This document shows, piece by piece, positions 10,401-17,590 of a stretch of DNA of 33,892 bases. The DNA comes from an uncultured Ruminococcus sp. (GTDB lineage: Bacteria > Bacillota > Clostridia > Oscillospirales > Ruminococcaceae): assembly GCA_964466485.1 (NCBI GenBank), contig CAYXNU010000001.1, positions 1-33,892 on the forward strand, in the 5' to 3' direction. A program made the translations under genes and the position numbers. A model generated the notes under the pieces. It had not been told where the DNA came from. It saw only the letters and a list, made by a program, of their open reading frames with translations, and did not search any database. Within the stretch, counting starts at the first letter, position 1, and each line of letters begins with the position of its first letter.

Positions 10401-12180
10401 GTAGAGCATTATTTTTAAGTTGGCTGTAAGTAATGCATTCTCCAGTGGTAGAGTGTACAATAGCTTTCTTATCGGGATTTTTTTCTGCATATTCCAAAAA
10501 CTGCGATAGTAAATGGTTATTAGGGACGCTCTTTTTAGTAACCATACCATAAGAGTACCTATATGCGATATCGTCAGCAACTGTTAATATAGGCTCTTGT
10601 TCCCATCTGTCAATGCTTTGTGAAATATAGCTTAGATACTCGATATAGGCATCGAACATGGTATCTAGTACGCCTTTAGGGAAGATTTCGTCAACGCTGT
10701 CCCATTTTAGGAATAGTTCACCATCTTTGTAGTCAAACATTTGAAAGTCTAGCCAAACTTGTGGGGTTTGTGAAATCATGTAGTTTAGTTCGCCAAAGTT
10801 ATCTTGAACGCTTTTGCTTAAGATTGGTTCGCCTAGGTTACAAGCGAAAACTATAGGTGCTACGTTGCTATCGTTGTACTTTTTGGATAGTTCTCTAACT
10901 ACTTGCACCCCTGAATAGTTAGAGTATTCCATACTAGTATGAAAACTATTTTGGATAGCTTTAACATACTCTATAAAGCTTTGCTTTTGGGATAAGTCCA
11001 CGTCTAAAATTAGCAAGTTTGAAAAGTCGGATATAACATCTTCAATGCCGTCAAACTCTGTGTTTCTGTTGAATATAGGTAGGTTTATAACAAACTTTGA
11101 GTTTTCGCTCCATCTTTCTAGTACTATTGCATAGATTGTCAATAGCACCATAGCGGGTGTTATTTTGTACTTCTTTGAAAATTCCTTTATAGTAGACCAA
11201 TCTTCTTTAGAGATTATTCTATATCTAGTGTTAAACTTTACCGTGCTGACATTTTCAGGGTTGACCTTTACTGGCAACTTTGGACGTTCAGGCATATCGA
11301 GAAGTTTGTCATCCCAGTATTTTTTAGCGTTAAGGTATGCAGTAGATGTAGTATCTATGCTATCTTGTAAGTACTGTGCAAAACTCCAGTTAGCAGACTT
11401 TTCAGAGAGGTTTTTACCACTGTATAGTGTAGCTAAATCGTCGAGAACCCTTTGAAAGCTTTGAACATCCGCTACTAGTAAGTCTATATCGTAGTGTATT
11501 CTAAAGTCGTTATTTGGTAGCATAGATAACTCTAAACCGATATTGTTACCGTTTTCCACATCTAGTTTTCTATGAGATAGCTTTTCTCTAATATCCAACA
11601 ACTTTCTTTCAAGTTCGTCTGTAGCATAGGAAGTTAAGTCGTTTATAACCATATCACTAGGAGTAAAATCTTTTATGAGTTGCTGTTTGCCATTAGATGT
11701 AAACTTTGTATGCAACATAGGGTGATGTTGCAATAAAGTTTTCCATGCGTGGTTTAGTTTAGCAATATCTATATTTTTAGAGTTTATCTCAAGGTAAGCG
11801 TGACAGCCTATGCCACCCAACACTTGATTATCATGCCTACCCACCCAGTAGGAGTATTGAACGTCAGTCATATCATAAGGGGCGTAAATATCCACTGTAG
11901 GCTTTTCAGCTGGTACGTTTTGAACAACCTCTTTAGATTTTTTCTTTTTCCTTTGGACGTTTACTTGTTTGTGCCAACTTTCCAAAGTAGGCTTAGATAT
12001 TAGTTTAGCAAAAGTCACAGCAGAGCCTAATTTTCGCCATTGATTTACTAATCTCATAATTTGCAAAGAACTTAATCCCAACTCTATCAAGTTATCCGAG
12101 GTGGAAAAGTCATCGGTTCTTTTAAGCATTTCAAGAATGTTTTCTTTAATGCTTTGCATACTGAACAATTCTTGTTCCAA
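4414..12180 (-). CDS. Nonribosomal peptide synthetase, ArCP-Cy-A(Cys)-T-Cy-A(Cys, MT insert)-T
   Basis: Carrier serines: GLSSL (aa 35-39), GGDSL (aa 1103-1107), GGDSL (aa 2531-2535). Cy motifs: MTDVQYSYWVGR / DLLVAD / QTPQVWLDFQ and PMTEVQKAYLIGR / DNIIFDG / ETPQVWLDHQ. A cores: TSGSTGEPKG, TSGSTGKPKG, YKTGD, NGKVD. TTG start at 12180 (ATG 12159 is an alternative). Confidence 0.93.
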   Translation of the reverse strand: MEQELFSMQSIKENILEMLKRTDDFSTSDNLIELGLSSLQIMRLVNQWRKLGSAVTFAKLISKPTLESWHKQVNVQRKKKKSKEVVQNVPAEKPTVDIYAPYDMTDVQYSYWVGRHDNQVLGGIGCHAYLEINSKNIDIAKLNHAWKTLLQHHPMLHTKFTSNGKQQLIKDFTPSDMVINDLTSYATDELERKLLDIREKLSHRKLDVENGNNIGLELSMLPNNDFRIHYDIDLLVADVQSFQRVLDDLATLYSGKNLSEKSANWSFAQYLQDSIDTTSTAYLNAKKYWDDKLLDMPERPKLPVKVNPENVSTVKFNTRYRIISKEDWSTIKEFSKKYKITPAMVLLTIYAIVLERWSENSKFVINLPIFNRNTEFDGIEDVISDFSNLLILDVDLSQKQSFIEYVKAIQNSFHTSMEYSNYSGVQVVRELSKKYNDSNVAPIVFACNLGEPILSKSVQDNFGELNYMISQTPQVWLDFQMFDYKDGELFLKWDSVDEIFPKGVLDTMFDAYIEYLSYISQSIDRWEQEPILTVADDIAYRYSYGMVTKKSVPNNHLLSQFLEYAEKNPDKKAIVHSTTGECITYSQLKNNALHIANKLLSCGAKPHDKVAITLPKGISQIEAVLGVVMFNGCYVPIGVNQPVDRQTSIHNRANIKFVLSDSNTISSIEFPTSATVVSIEDALLYSENTLQDVTIDLDSLAYIIFTSGSTGEPKGVEIQHRCAYNTIYDINDRYNINENDSILAISSLDFDLSVYDIFGMLNAGGTIITIDENDKRNSERWLSAVLKYNVTVWNSVPAILDMLLVSAENSNVTLPSLKRVFLSGDWIGLTIPYKLKAIAENSELTSMGGATEASIWSNYFDVSLPLNSEWVSIPYGKPLSNQQYNIVNDKGYGCPEWVTGELLIGGDGLALDYCNNIEQTQAHFFMDENNKRWYKTGDLGRFREDGIIEFLGRKDFQVKVRGHRIELGEIESALNKFGKLENYVVTTFKDTLNNNHLVAYIVAKDKSNLDETTFKNDIREFLNSKLPNYMIPNVYIFLDSIPITANGKVDKKALASYEIDESVLVQKEYIAPNTEVEKSLANIWQSTLGIARVSLNDDYFELGGDSLSAVRLSNIIKESFNIKFSLEDIFEYPTLSKQAERVTLYISEETTTKEEPLKQIQHDEKNRFEPFPMTEVQKAYLIGRKGIYDFGNISTHYYFEVENTSLDVEKLNLALLKVIARQDMMRTVILPDGQSQQVLKDMPSYTIPIYDYSNKPVEETNSFILQLREEMSHKLFTAETFPLFDIRVIKVNDSNYRLNLCFDNIIFDGFSIFLLFNEWQYFYENPNGILDDIGVSFRDYMVAYDAIQETTLYEDSKNYWLDRLDTIPLAPELPLKNVTGNYQFTHLEKVVPHDRWNTLKNTISEYGGITPSGLLIGIYVEILNVWSRKPQFTINLTHFNRLPLHENINSIIGDFTSLTLLETDFSKGNNFLERCRILQQQLWKDLDHPYYDGVALQRELTKKHDAKSLLFPVVFTSALGLNKNEKQSLFDNRVYRSSETPQVWLDHQVSEENGKLILVLDFIKEIFPESMVDEMFETYSRLVDALIDNKALWIEDKKSIANIILPNEVVQANNTQSEISKETLLSLFNKTVQKYPNNVAITDSTTALTYAQLNTKANDIANVLLKNGMGVHKLVGVMVEKSINQIVSVMGVIKTGGGYVPLDIKYPKQRVEDILHEANVDYIVTDRNSYEKYNLGIIDTSFVILEDIPKCSENINAQSTSDSLAYVIYTSGSTGKPKGVSINNRGVVNTILDINERFSVTPNDRTIALSNLNFDLSVYDIFGMFSCGGAIVIVKEDNVKNPESWLQLMSTEKVTIWNTVPAFMQMLLEYSKDIVKENFSLRLALLSGDWIPLQLPNSIKDTFSHVDVISLGGATEASIWSNFYKIDTINPNWNSIPYGKPLKNQRFYILNSLMQSCPVNVVGTLYIGGVGLATGYLNNPVITSERFIKYHDEIVYNTGDIGKYLPDGNIEFLGREDFQVKIHGFRIELGEIEEVIKTNPTVKQSYAVVTDNKQIVDFIVPKTEENPKAVLPSDFTIDDIVQNFFDTNRLSAQQLDDFYQNLENISVDVVCKIFNAMGIFSESSPISLDDIVSKYSIDTRYYHLVGNWLKVLSNKGLAVLENGLYTFKEKAYKYAVVGGFDNEFNELNLIFSCSLEVIVSVLQGKTNPLELFISSDAPLTPLFMSKFNITANCQYASVLKVVKAIQNVSKEQPLNIAEIGTRSGSFTEFISQNLDFSNTTYTYLDTSSYFIEQKKSNVESSDIKYSTFDMEVSPYEQGTDTHTYDIIIADNTIHRSSNVNTALDNIKSLLKGNGILIVIEQLENNCFVMNTAGFLEDGFSHFEDLRKDTFLPLLNNEQWLNTFKKSSLDVIKAFGNGSTVEQSMRTGLYITKDSSNFANVNINEISKTATEKLTDYMLPSRYVIMDSVPITANGKVDRKYLLSVANNYSKHIPIKNILKPETATEQKLYEVWCDILKNENIGVTEKFFEIGGDSLIAIQCMNALKDRFNITVSLQDIFQIQTIRELASKVDEQISIDETSEDYDFAEF
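4861..5973 (-). other. Methyltransferase-like insertion inside the second adenylation domain
   Basis: About 400 aa lie between the A8 motif (GREDFQVKIHGFRIELGEIE, about aa 2014-2033) and the A10 motif (PITANGKVDRK, aa 2469-2479). Class I MT-like motifs: IAEIGTRSGS, YDIIIADNTIHR, LLKGNGILIVIE. Boundaries are approximate. Confidence 0.7.
11971..12180 (-). other. N-terminal aryl carrier protein (ArCP) domain of the large NRPS
   Basis: The first ~70 aa contain LIELGLSSLQIMRLVNQW directly upstream of a Cy domain. This is the ArCP-Cy arrangement of PchE/HMWP2-type loading modules. Boundaries are approximate. Confidence 0.7.
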
Positions 12181-12182
12181 AA

Positions 12183-13802
12183 TTAATCATTCCTTTCATT
12201 GGTGGCCATACACTGTAGAGCCTTTTTGTCTATCTTTCCTACTTTAGTTAAAGGGAAAGAGTCTATTAGTTGTAGTTGGTCGGGCATTTTGTAGTCAGAT
12301 ACACCTATACTTTTTAGGAAACTTCTAACCTCGGAAAGAGTTATGTTATCCCTATCAGACACGATAAATGCACATATTCTGTTACCTAAAACATCATCGG
12401 GTATACCAACAACAGATGCCTCTTTTATATCTGTATTTTTGCATAGGTTAGCTTCCACTTCGGATGGCATAATCTTTTCGCCACCCCTGTTAATCTGTTC
12501 CTTAATTCTACCAGTAACTATTATATTGCCGTTCTCATCAATCTTAGCTTTATCGCCAGAACGGTAGAAACCACTAGGCGTAAAACTTTCGTTATTCACT
12601 TCAGCGGATGCCCTATAGTAACTAGTTATGGTATATGCTCCACGCACGATAAGTTCGCCAAACTCTCCAGTAGGTAGGTCGTTTAGTTGGTCGTCCACGA
12701 TACGAATTTCGTCGTACTTAGATATTGGTTTTCCTTGACAGTTCACAACTGTGTTGCTATCGTCCTCAAGAGATGTTAAACACAACAACCCCTCTGCTAT
12801 ACCGAAAACTTGTTGCAATTTGCAACCTAAAGTTGGCTCTACTCTTACAGCAAGTTCTTTTTCAAATACAGAACCGCCTACTAACAAAAACCTTAATGAG
12901 CTAATGTCGTACTCGTTTTCCCATTCTAACATATCCAGTAGTATGGATACCATGGCAGGTACAAGCGATAACATAGTTACTTCATGTTCTTCAATCAATG
13001 GTAAAACCTCATCAATGCTAGGGGAGGGACACATTACAACAGTTCCGCCGTTTTCAAAGATTCCTAAAATACCAGGGCTACCCAAAGGAAAGTTATGGGC
13101 TACAGGTATTACACATAGAAATACATCATCTTCAGTAAGTTGACATCTTTCGGCACACTTTTGAAAATCGTATATATAGTCCGCATGGGTTCTAGGGATA
13201 AGTTTTGGAGTTCCTGTAGTACCACCCGAAAGTAGTATATGAGCGATATCTGTACATAGTGGTGGCTCATATGTAGCGATAGTATCATCGTTTATGTATA
13301 GAGTTTCTAGGTTTATAGCGTTCTTCATGTTGCCATCACAGATAATATTCTTTACACATGGGAACTTTTCAAGCATGGTATTAGCTAAACTTTCATAGCT
13401 AAAACCTAGGTAGTTTTCAGGGACTATATAAGCTACTGGTTTAACATTTTCAAATATGCCAGTTAGTTCAGCCTCTCTGTGTGCAGGAAGTACCAAAACA
13501 GGTAGCACACCAATCTTTTCTAGTGCAAACAGAACCGTCACAAAAGAAATGCTATTAGTTAGCTGTAGTATAACGTGGTCGCCCTTATGCATATTTAGAC
13601 CTAAAAAGCCTTTAACTAGCATATCCACTTTGGCATTTAGTTCACTGTAGGTAATGCTTTCGTCATTGAATATTACGGCATCCTTACTGGAATACTTTTC
13701 AGCCCATTCTTCCAGTTTTTCACCCATAGTGATATTTTTTAAACAATCGTCTAGTTGATAGTAATAGCTACTATCACGCTTTTGATATTCACACTCTTTC
13801 AT
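12183..13802 (-). CDS. Stand-alone aryl-acid adenylating enzyme (2,3-dihydroxybenzoate/salicylate-AMP ligase family, EntE/DhbE/YbtE/PchD-like)
   Basis: LLSGGTTGTPKLIPRTHADYIYD closely matches the EntE/DhbE core. HNFPLGSPG has Asn where amino-acid A domains have Asp. YRSGD...GRIKEQINRGGEKI also present. AGGAGG RBS lies 8 nt upstream of the ATG. Confidence 0.88.
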   Translation of the reverse strand: MKECEYQKRDSSYYYQLDDCLKNITMGEKLEEWAEKYSSKDAVIFNDESITYSELNAKVDMLVKGFLGLNMHKGDHVILQLTNSISFVTVLFALEKIGVLPVLVLPAHREAELTGIFENVKPVAYIVPENYLGFSYESLANTMLEKFPCVKNIICDGNMKNAINLETLYINDDTIATYEPPLCTDIAHILLSGGTTGTPKLIPRTHADYIYDFQKCAERCQLTEDDVFLCVIPVAHNFPLGSPGILGIFENGGTVVMCPSPSIDEVLPLIEEHEVTMLSLVPAMVSILLDMLEWENEYDISSLRFLLVGGSVFEKELAVRVEPTLGCKLQQVFGIAEGLLCLTSLEDDSNTVVNCQGKPISKYDEIRIVDDQLNDLPTGEFGELIVRGAYTITSYYRASAEVNNESFTPSGFYRSGDKAKIDENGNIIVTGRIKEQINRGGEKIMPSEVEANLCKNTDIKEASVVGIPDDVLGNRICAFIVSDRDNITLSEVRSFLKSIGVSDYKMPDQLQLIDSFPLTKVGKIDKKALQCMATNERND

Positions 13803-13827
13803 GAATATAACCTCCTATAATTTAGTT

Positions 13828-15105
13828 TTAGTTGTTAGGAAATACAAAATCATACACATTAGATGTATCATCCTGTAGCATAACTTCTATAGATTCCTTA
13901 GAGTATATAAGAGCATTGTTCATAGAAGTTGCACTGATAAGTTTAGGGTTAAACTCTCCAACGATTCTTATATTTTCAGTATCTTCCCAGTAGTTCAAGC
14001 ATAGGAAATTGTATCCATGGCTGTAGTTGGGCATAACTGGTTGAATATCCAAAGAGTCTACACCCTTAACAGACATATCGAAATTGTGGAAAGTTGCATA
14101 TATATTAGATACCATAGCGTTACAACCCTCAGCGTTTTTAATGTTTAAAGATGTCATTTTTAAGCAACGCTTTAAAGCCTCTGCGAAAGTTTCATCTTTT
14201 TTTATTTCAAAGATGTTAGGTAGTAACCTTGCTAAAGGACCAACCATCTTTAGTTGTTGGGCGGTTACTCTACTAGCAGATGCTTGACTTAGATAAGGAG
14301 TAGTAGTCTTAAACTCTTTTGCTATACCTAAACTCAAAGCTAATAGCACTACTGTGGCTTTAGATGTTTTATGTGCTTTAGCGAAGTTTTCAAGTAGTGT
14401 TTTGTCTATTTCAAAGGAAACTATTCCGTTGCTATGTGTATCGAATTGGCTTTCGTTAGGCTTAGGAAAGTCTATAAGATGTAAGTTCTTTAGGGTTTCG
14501 TTCCAGTAGTCTATTTTTGCTAAACCATTTGCTGTTAAGGATTTTTCATACAAGTTTTGGGAATGTTCTATAAAACTAACTTGAGGTTCAAAAGCGTTAG
14601 GGTTTTCGTAGTAGTAGAATAGCTTATTTAGTAGCACCACCATAGACGCACCATCGAACATAGTATGGTCTGCAACGAATGTTAAGAAGTAATCATTTTC
14701 GTCAATCTTGTATAGGTAGCAATAGAATAAAAGATTATTCAAAGCGTTTACATATGAAACTATATGCTCTATAGAAGTCTTTTCTGCGAACTTAAACCTA
14801 TCCTCGGTAGTGTCGCCAACAGTTGGGAGTACTTCCAACTTAAAAGAATACTCCTTTAAAACCCTTTGGACAAATCCGTCATTGTGCCTAAATATTCTAA
14901 TTCTAAGGGCATCATATGAGTTGTATAGGTTTTGTATAGCTTTTTCTAAGATGTTTAAGTCTAGGTTGCCTTTAATTCTTAAACACGCCGATAATGACAA
15001 GTTGTTTTTACCGTCTATATTATAGTTTGCATATAGGGATTGTGGAGATACTACAGGGAATGTATCATTGCCATTGCAATCTTTGTAATATATATTTTCA
15101 TTCAT
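13828..15105 (-). CDS. Free-standing condensation-domain protein
   Basis: 425 aa, one domain in size. Active-site region ADHTMFDGASM is an HHxxxDG variant (DHxxxDG) that retains the second His. No A or T domain is fused. Confidence 0.75.
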   Translation of the reverse strand: MNENIYYKDCNGNDTFPVVSPQSLYANYNIDGKNNLSLSACLRIKGNLDLNILEKAIQNLYNSYDALRIRIFRHNDGFVQRVLKEYSFKLEVLPTVGDTTEDRFKFAEKTSIEHIVSYVNALNNLLFYCYLYKIDENDYFLTFVADHTMFDGASMVVLLNKLFYYYENPNAFEPQVSFIEHSQNLYEKSLTANGLAKIDYWNETLKNLHLIDFPKPNESQFDTHSNGIVSFEIDKTLLENFAKAHKTSKATVVLLALSLGIAKEFKTTTPYLSQASASRVTAQQLKMVGPLARLLPNIFEIKKDETFAEALKRCLKMTSLNIKNAEGCNAMVSNIYATFHNFDMSVKGVDSLDIQPVMPNYSHGYNFLCLNYWEDTENIRIVGEFNPKLISATSMNNALIYSKESIEVMLQDDTSNVYDFVFPNN

Positions 15106-15125
15106 AAGGATATCCGCCTTTCAAG

Positions 15126-15371
15126 TTAATCGTTTTTAGATGAGGTTATAAAGTTTGCAAGTTCTTGAACAGTTTCATTTTCATAAATATCACTGATAAG
15201 TATTTCGATGTTGTGCTTTTCTAGCAATTCACTTGCTAGATAACTTGCTTTTAGTGAGTTTCCACCTAGTTCAAAGAAAGAACTTTCAGTTGTAACTTCT
15301 TCTTCCACCTCTAAAATGTTTTTAAAAAGTTCCTTAATTATACCAACGTAATCCATAGTTTTTTCTCCTTT
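15126..15371 (-). other. Carrier-protein segment of the TE-T gene, preceded by an in-frame internal RBS and ATG
   Basis: On the minus strand, AAAGGAG (15371-15365), 8 nt, then ATG (15356-15354, Met270) in the same frame as the TE. No stop codon separates the two parts. Confidence 0.6.
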
Positions 15372-16163
15372 CAAAGTTAAGGTTTTGCTTTGGTTTATAT
15401 AACTAGCTAATTCTTTAGCCATTACTTCTTTAATATCTGTTAAGTAGAAGTGTCCGCCATCAAACTCATGGTAGGATACTCTATTAGTGGTAAAGTTATC
15501 CCAATCATGAACGGCAAACTGCCGAATAGTCTTGTCCTTGTTGCCATACATAACGTATATAGGACAATTAAACTTAGCGTTTTCTGTATATTCATACTTA
15601 GACATCATTACTACATCGTTCTTGTAAGTTGGGATGTAGTAGTCTATAAAGTTTTTGTTATCCGCAAATGATGGAGTTACTAGTTCAAACTCAATCATTT
15701 TTTTAACTAGTTCCTCGTCGGATACTATACACTTGCCGTCATCATCAAGGATAATAGTTTGAGCCATAGCGTATTTAGGGGATTCTGTACCGGAAGCTAT
15801 TATGCAAAGGGGTTCTCTGTGTAGAATTTCCCTAACGTATAGGGCAACCTCATAAGCCACTAAAATACCAGTGCAATGCCCAAATAGTACGAAATCTTTT
15901 TGAAATAGTTCCATGTTGTCGTCTACAAACTTGTGAACCATTTCTTTTAAAGTATCTGGGAGAGGCTCATCTTTTCTAAGTTCTCTAGCTGGATATAGCA
16001 CAGGGCATAGGTTTATATCGTCAGCAAATAACTTTTTCCATGGTGCAAATAGGCTAGGACTTCCACCAGCATAAGTAAATAGTATTAAGTTCACGGATGC
16101 GTTTTCATGTGTAGTTCCATGAGCAATCCATATATTTTTACTTTTCAAAATTAAAATACCCAC
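15126..16163 (-). CDS. Type II thioesterase-like domain with Cys nucleophile fused to a C-terminal carrier protein (TE-T)
   Basis: YAGGS near the N-terminus. GHCTG (Cys97, codon 15873-15875) sits where GHSxG is expected. GGHFY His region present. The C-terminal 76 aa carry FFELGGNSL (Ser303). The annotated start is GTG at 16163; TTG at 16148 is also possible. Confidence 0.8.
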   Translation of the reverse strand: MGILILKSKNIWIAHGTTHENASVNLILFTYAGGSPSLFAPWKKLFADDINLCPVLYPARELRKDEPLPDTLKEMVHKFVDDNMELFQKDFVLFGHCTGILVAYEVALYVREILHREPLCIIASGTESPKYAMAQTIILDDDGKCIVSDEELVKKMIEFELVTPSFADNKNFIDYYIPTYKNDVVMMSKYEYTENAKFNCPIYVMYGNKDKTIRQFAVHDWDNFTTNRVSYHEFDGGHFYLTDIKEVMAKELASYINQSKTLTLKGEKTMDYVGIIKELFKNILEVEEEVTTESSFFELGGNSLKASYLASELLEKHNIEILISDIYENETVQELANFITSSKND

Positions 16164-16809
16164 CTTTCAAAAAATCGTCACACTTTAAGATTTTAGGTTT
16201 TGTATTAAAACTTAAATCTTCGCAACATATAGATATATAACAATTATTACACTTAAAGGGATAAATCAAAATGTTGTTAAAAGTTTGCGGAATATCTTCT
16301 TGCAACTTTGAGAAATCCGTGGAGTTGATAGTATTTGCCAAACCAGTACCAACCAACTTGAAATAGCTTTCTTTTACGCTCCACATAAGAGTAAACGCTT
16401 TAGGGATATCATTCGAGGTTGAAATGCTAAAAAGTTCATTTTTGGAAAATATATTACTGGAAAGCACTACAGACTTCTCACTTATATCTTGAATATCGCA
16501 ACCGATATCCTTGTTAGATATTGCACATATTACACCATCTTTGCAATGCGAAAGATTAAAAAATATATTTGGATATCCTAAAAGATATGGCTTGTGATAT
16601 TCGTTGTATTTAAAAATAGGCTCAGCTTGTATGTTATATTCGCAATATAGCCCGTATCTAAGTATAAGGTATGCTATTAGCGATAGTTTTCTATCCAACA
16701 TAAAGCGGTACTTATCCACTCTATGCAAACGCTCTTTCGATAGAAAACGTTTAAGTTTATAGAAACTCTCATCACTTAGATTGTTTAAATCTTGAAATAC
16801 ATATAACAT
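16138..16809 (-). CDS. Sfp-type 4'-phosphopantetheinyl transferase
   Basis: Motifs HKPY...FFNLSHCKD, GCDIQDI and WSVKESYFKLVGTGL. The ATG overlaps the upstream stop (TAATG at 16807-16811). Confidence 0.85.
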   Translation of the reverse strand: MLYVFQDLNNLSDESFYKLKRFLSKERLHRVDKYRFMLDRKLSLIAYLILRYGLYCEYNIQAEPIFKYNEYHKPYLLGYPNIFFNLSHCKDGVICAISNKDIGCDIQDISEKSVVLSSNIFSKNELFSISTSNDIPKAFTLMWSVKESYFKLVGTGLANTINSTDFSKLQEDIPQTFNNILIYPFKCNNCYISICCEDLSFNTKPKILKCDDFLKGGYFNFEK

Positions 16810-17588
16810 TATGAAAATACCCTAGTGTTAATAGTTATCTCATTGAATATAGTTTTTAGTACACTCTTTTCATTTTCCTCATATGGGAAGAAGTGTCCAC
16901 CTTTAAATTCAAACTGTTTAAAGTCCGAAGAAGTTACTCTGTTCCAGTTTTTCATGTGGTCTAGATTTGCGTCGGTATCATCTTTGCCACTTAGTGCCAC
17001 AATAGGGATATCTAAAACTTCTCCATGGTATGAATAGCTTTCATGTAGTTTATAGTCGTTAAAAATCATAGGTAGTATAAACTTAGCGAAATCGGAGTTT
17101 TCTAATAAAGCTTTAGGTGTAGCACCAACTCTAAGGAGTTCTTTTTTTAGTGCATCTATTCCCATAGAGCTTTTGTAAACCACTGGGTCTGCGTTCATAG
17201 GGGCGTGTCTACCTGCAACTATTAGCTTTTGGATATCCATGTTAAAAGCATTTCTTAAAACGTAAGCCGTTTGAAAAGCGACTATTCCACCCAAACTATG
17301 CCCATATATGTAAGTAGGGCGGTAGTCGTCACAGGAAAAGTCTGCTATTGCTTGAGAAGTTTTCTCTACTAGTTCGTTAACGTTTGTGATACAACTTTCC
17401 TTAATTCTAGTACTTCTACCAGGGTTTTAAACTGGTATTATTTCGACTAGGGGGTTATATTTTAACCAACTTCTAAATATATATACACTACCTCCAGCGT
17501 GATTGAAACAAAACATCTTGTAAGGTTTATAACTTTTTTTCAAGTTATATGGAAACCATTTTTTTAATTCAATACTACTATCTAGCAT
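16809..17588 (-). pseudogene. Type II thioesterase interrupted by an in-frame TAA (codon 54)
   Basis: My own translation from ATG 17588 gives MLDSSIELKKWFPYNLKKSYKPYKMFCFNHAGGSVYIFRSWLKYNPLVEIIPV-TAA(17427-17429)-NPGRSTR...YIYGHSLGGIVAF...GGHFF. The frame is unchanged across the stop. The total is 260 codons, the right size for a TEII. Confidence 0.75.
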
Positions 17589-17590
17589 AA

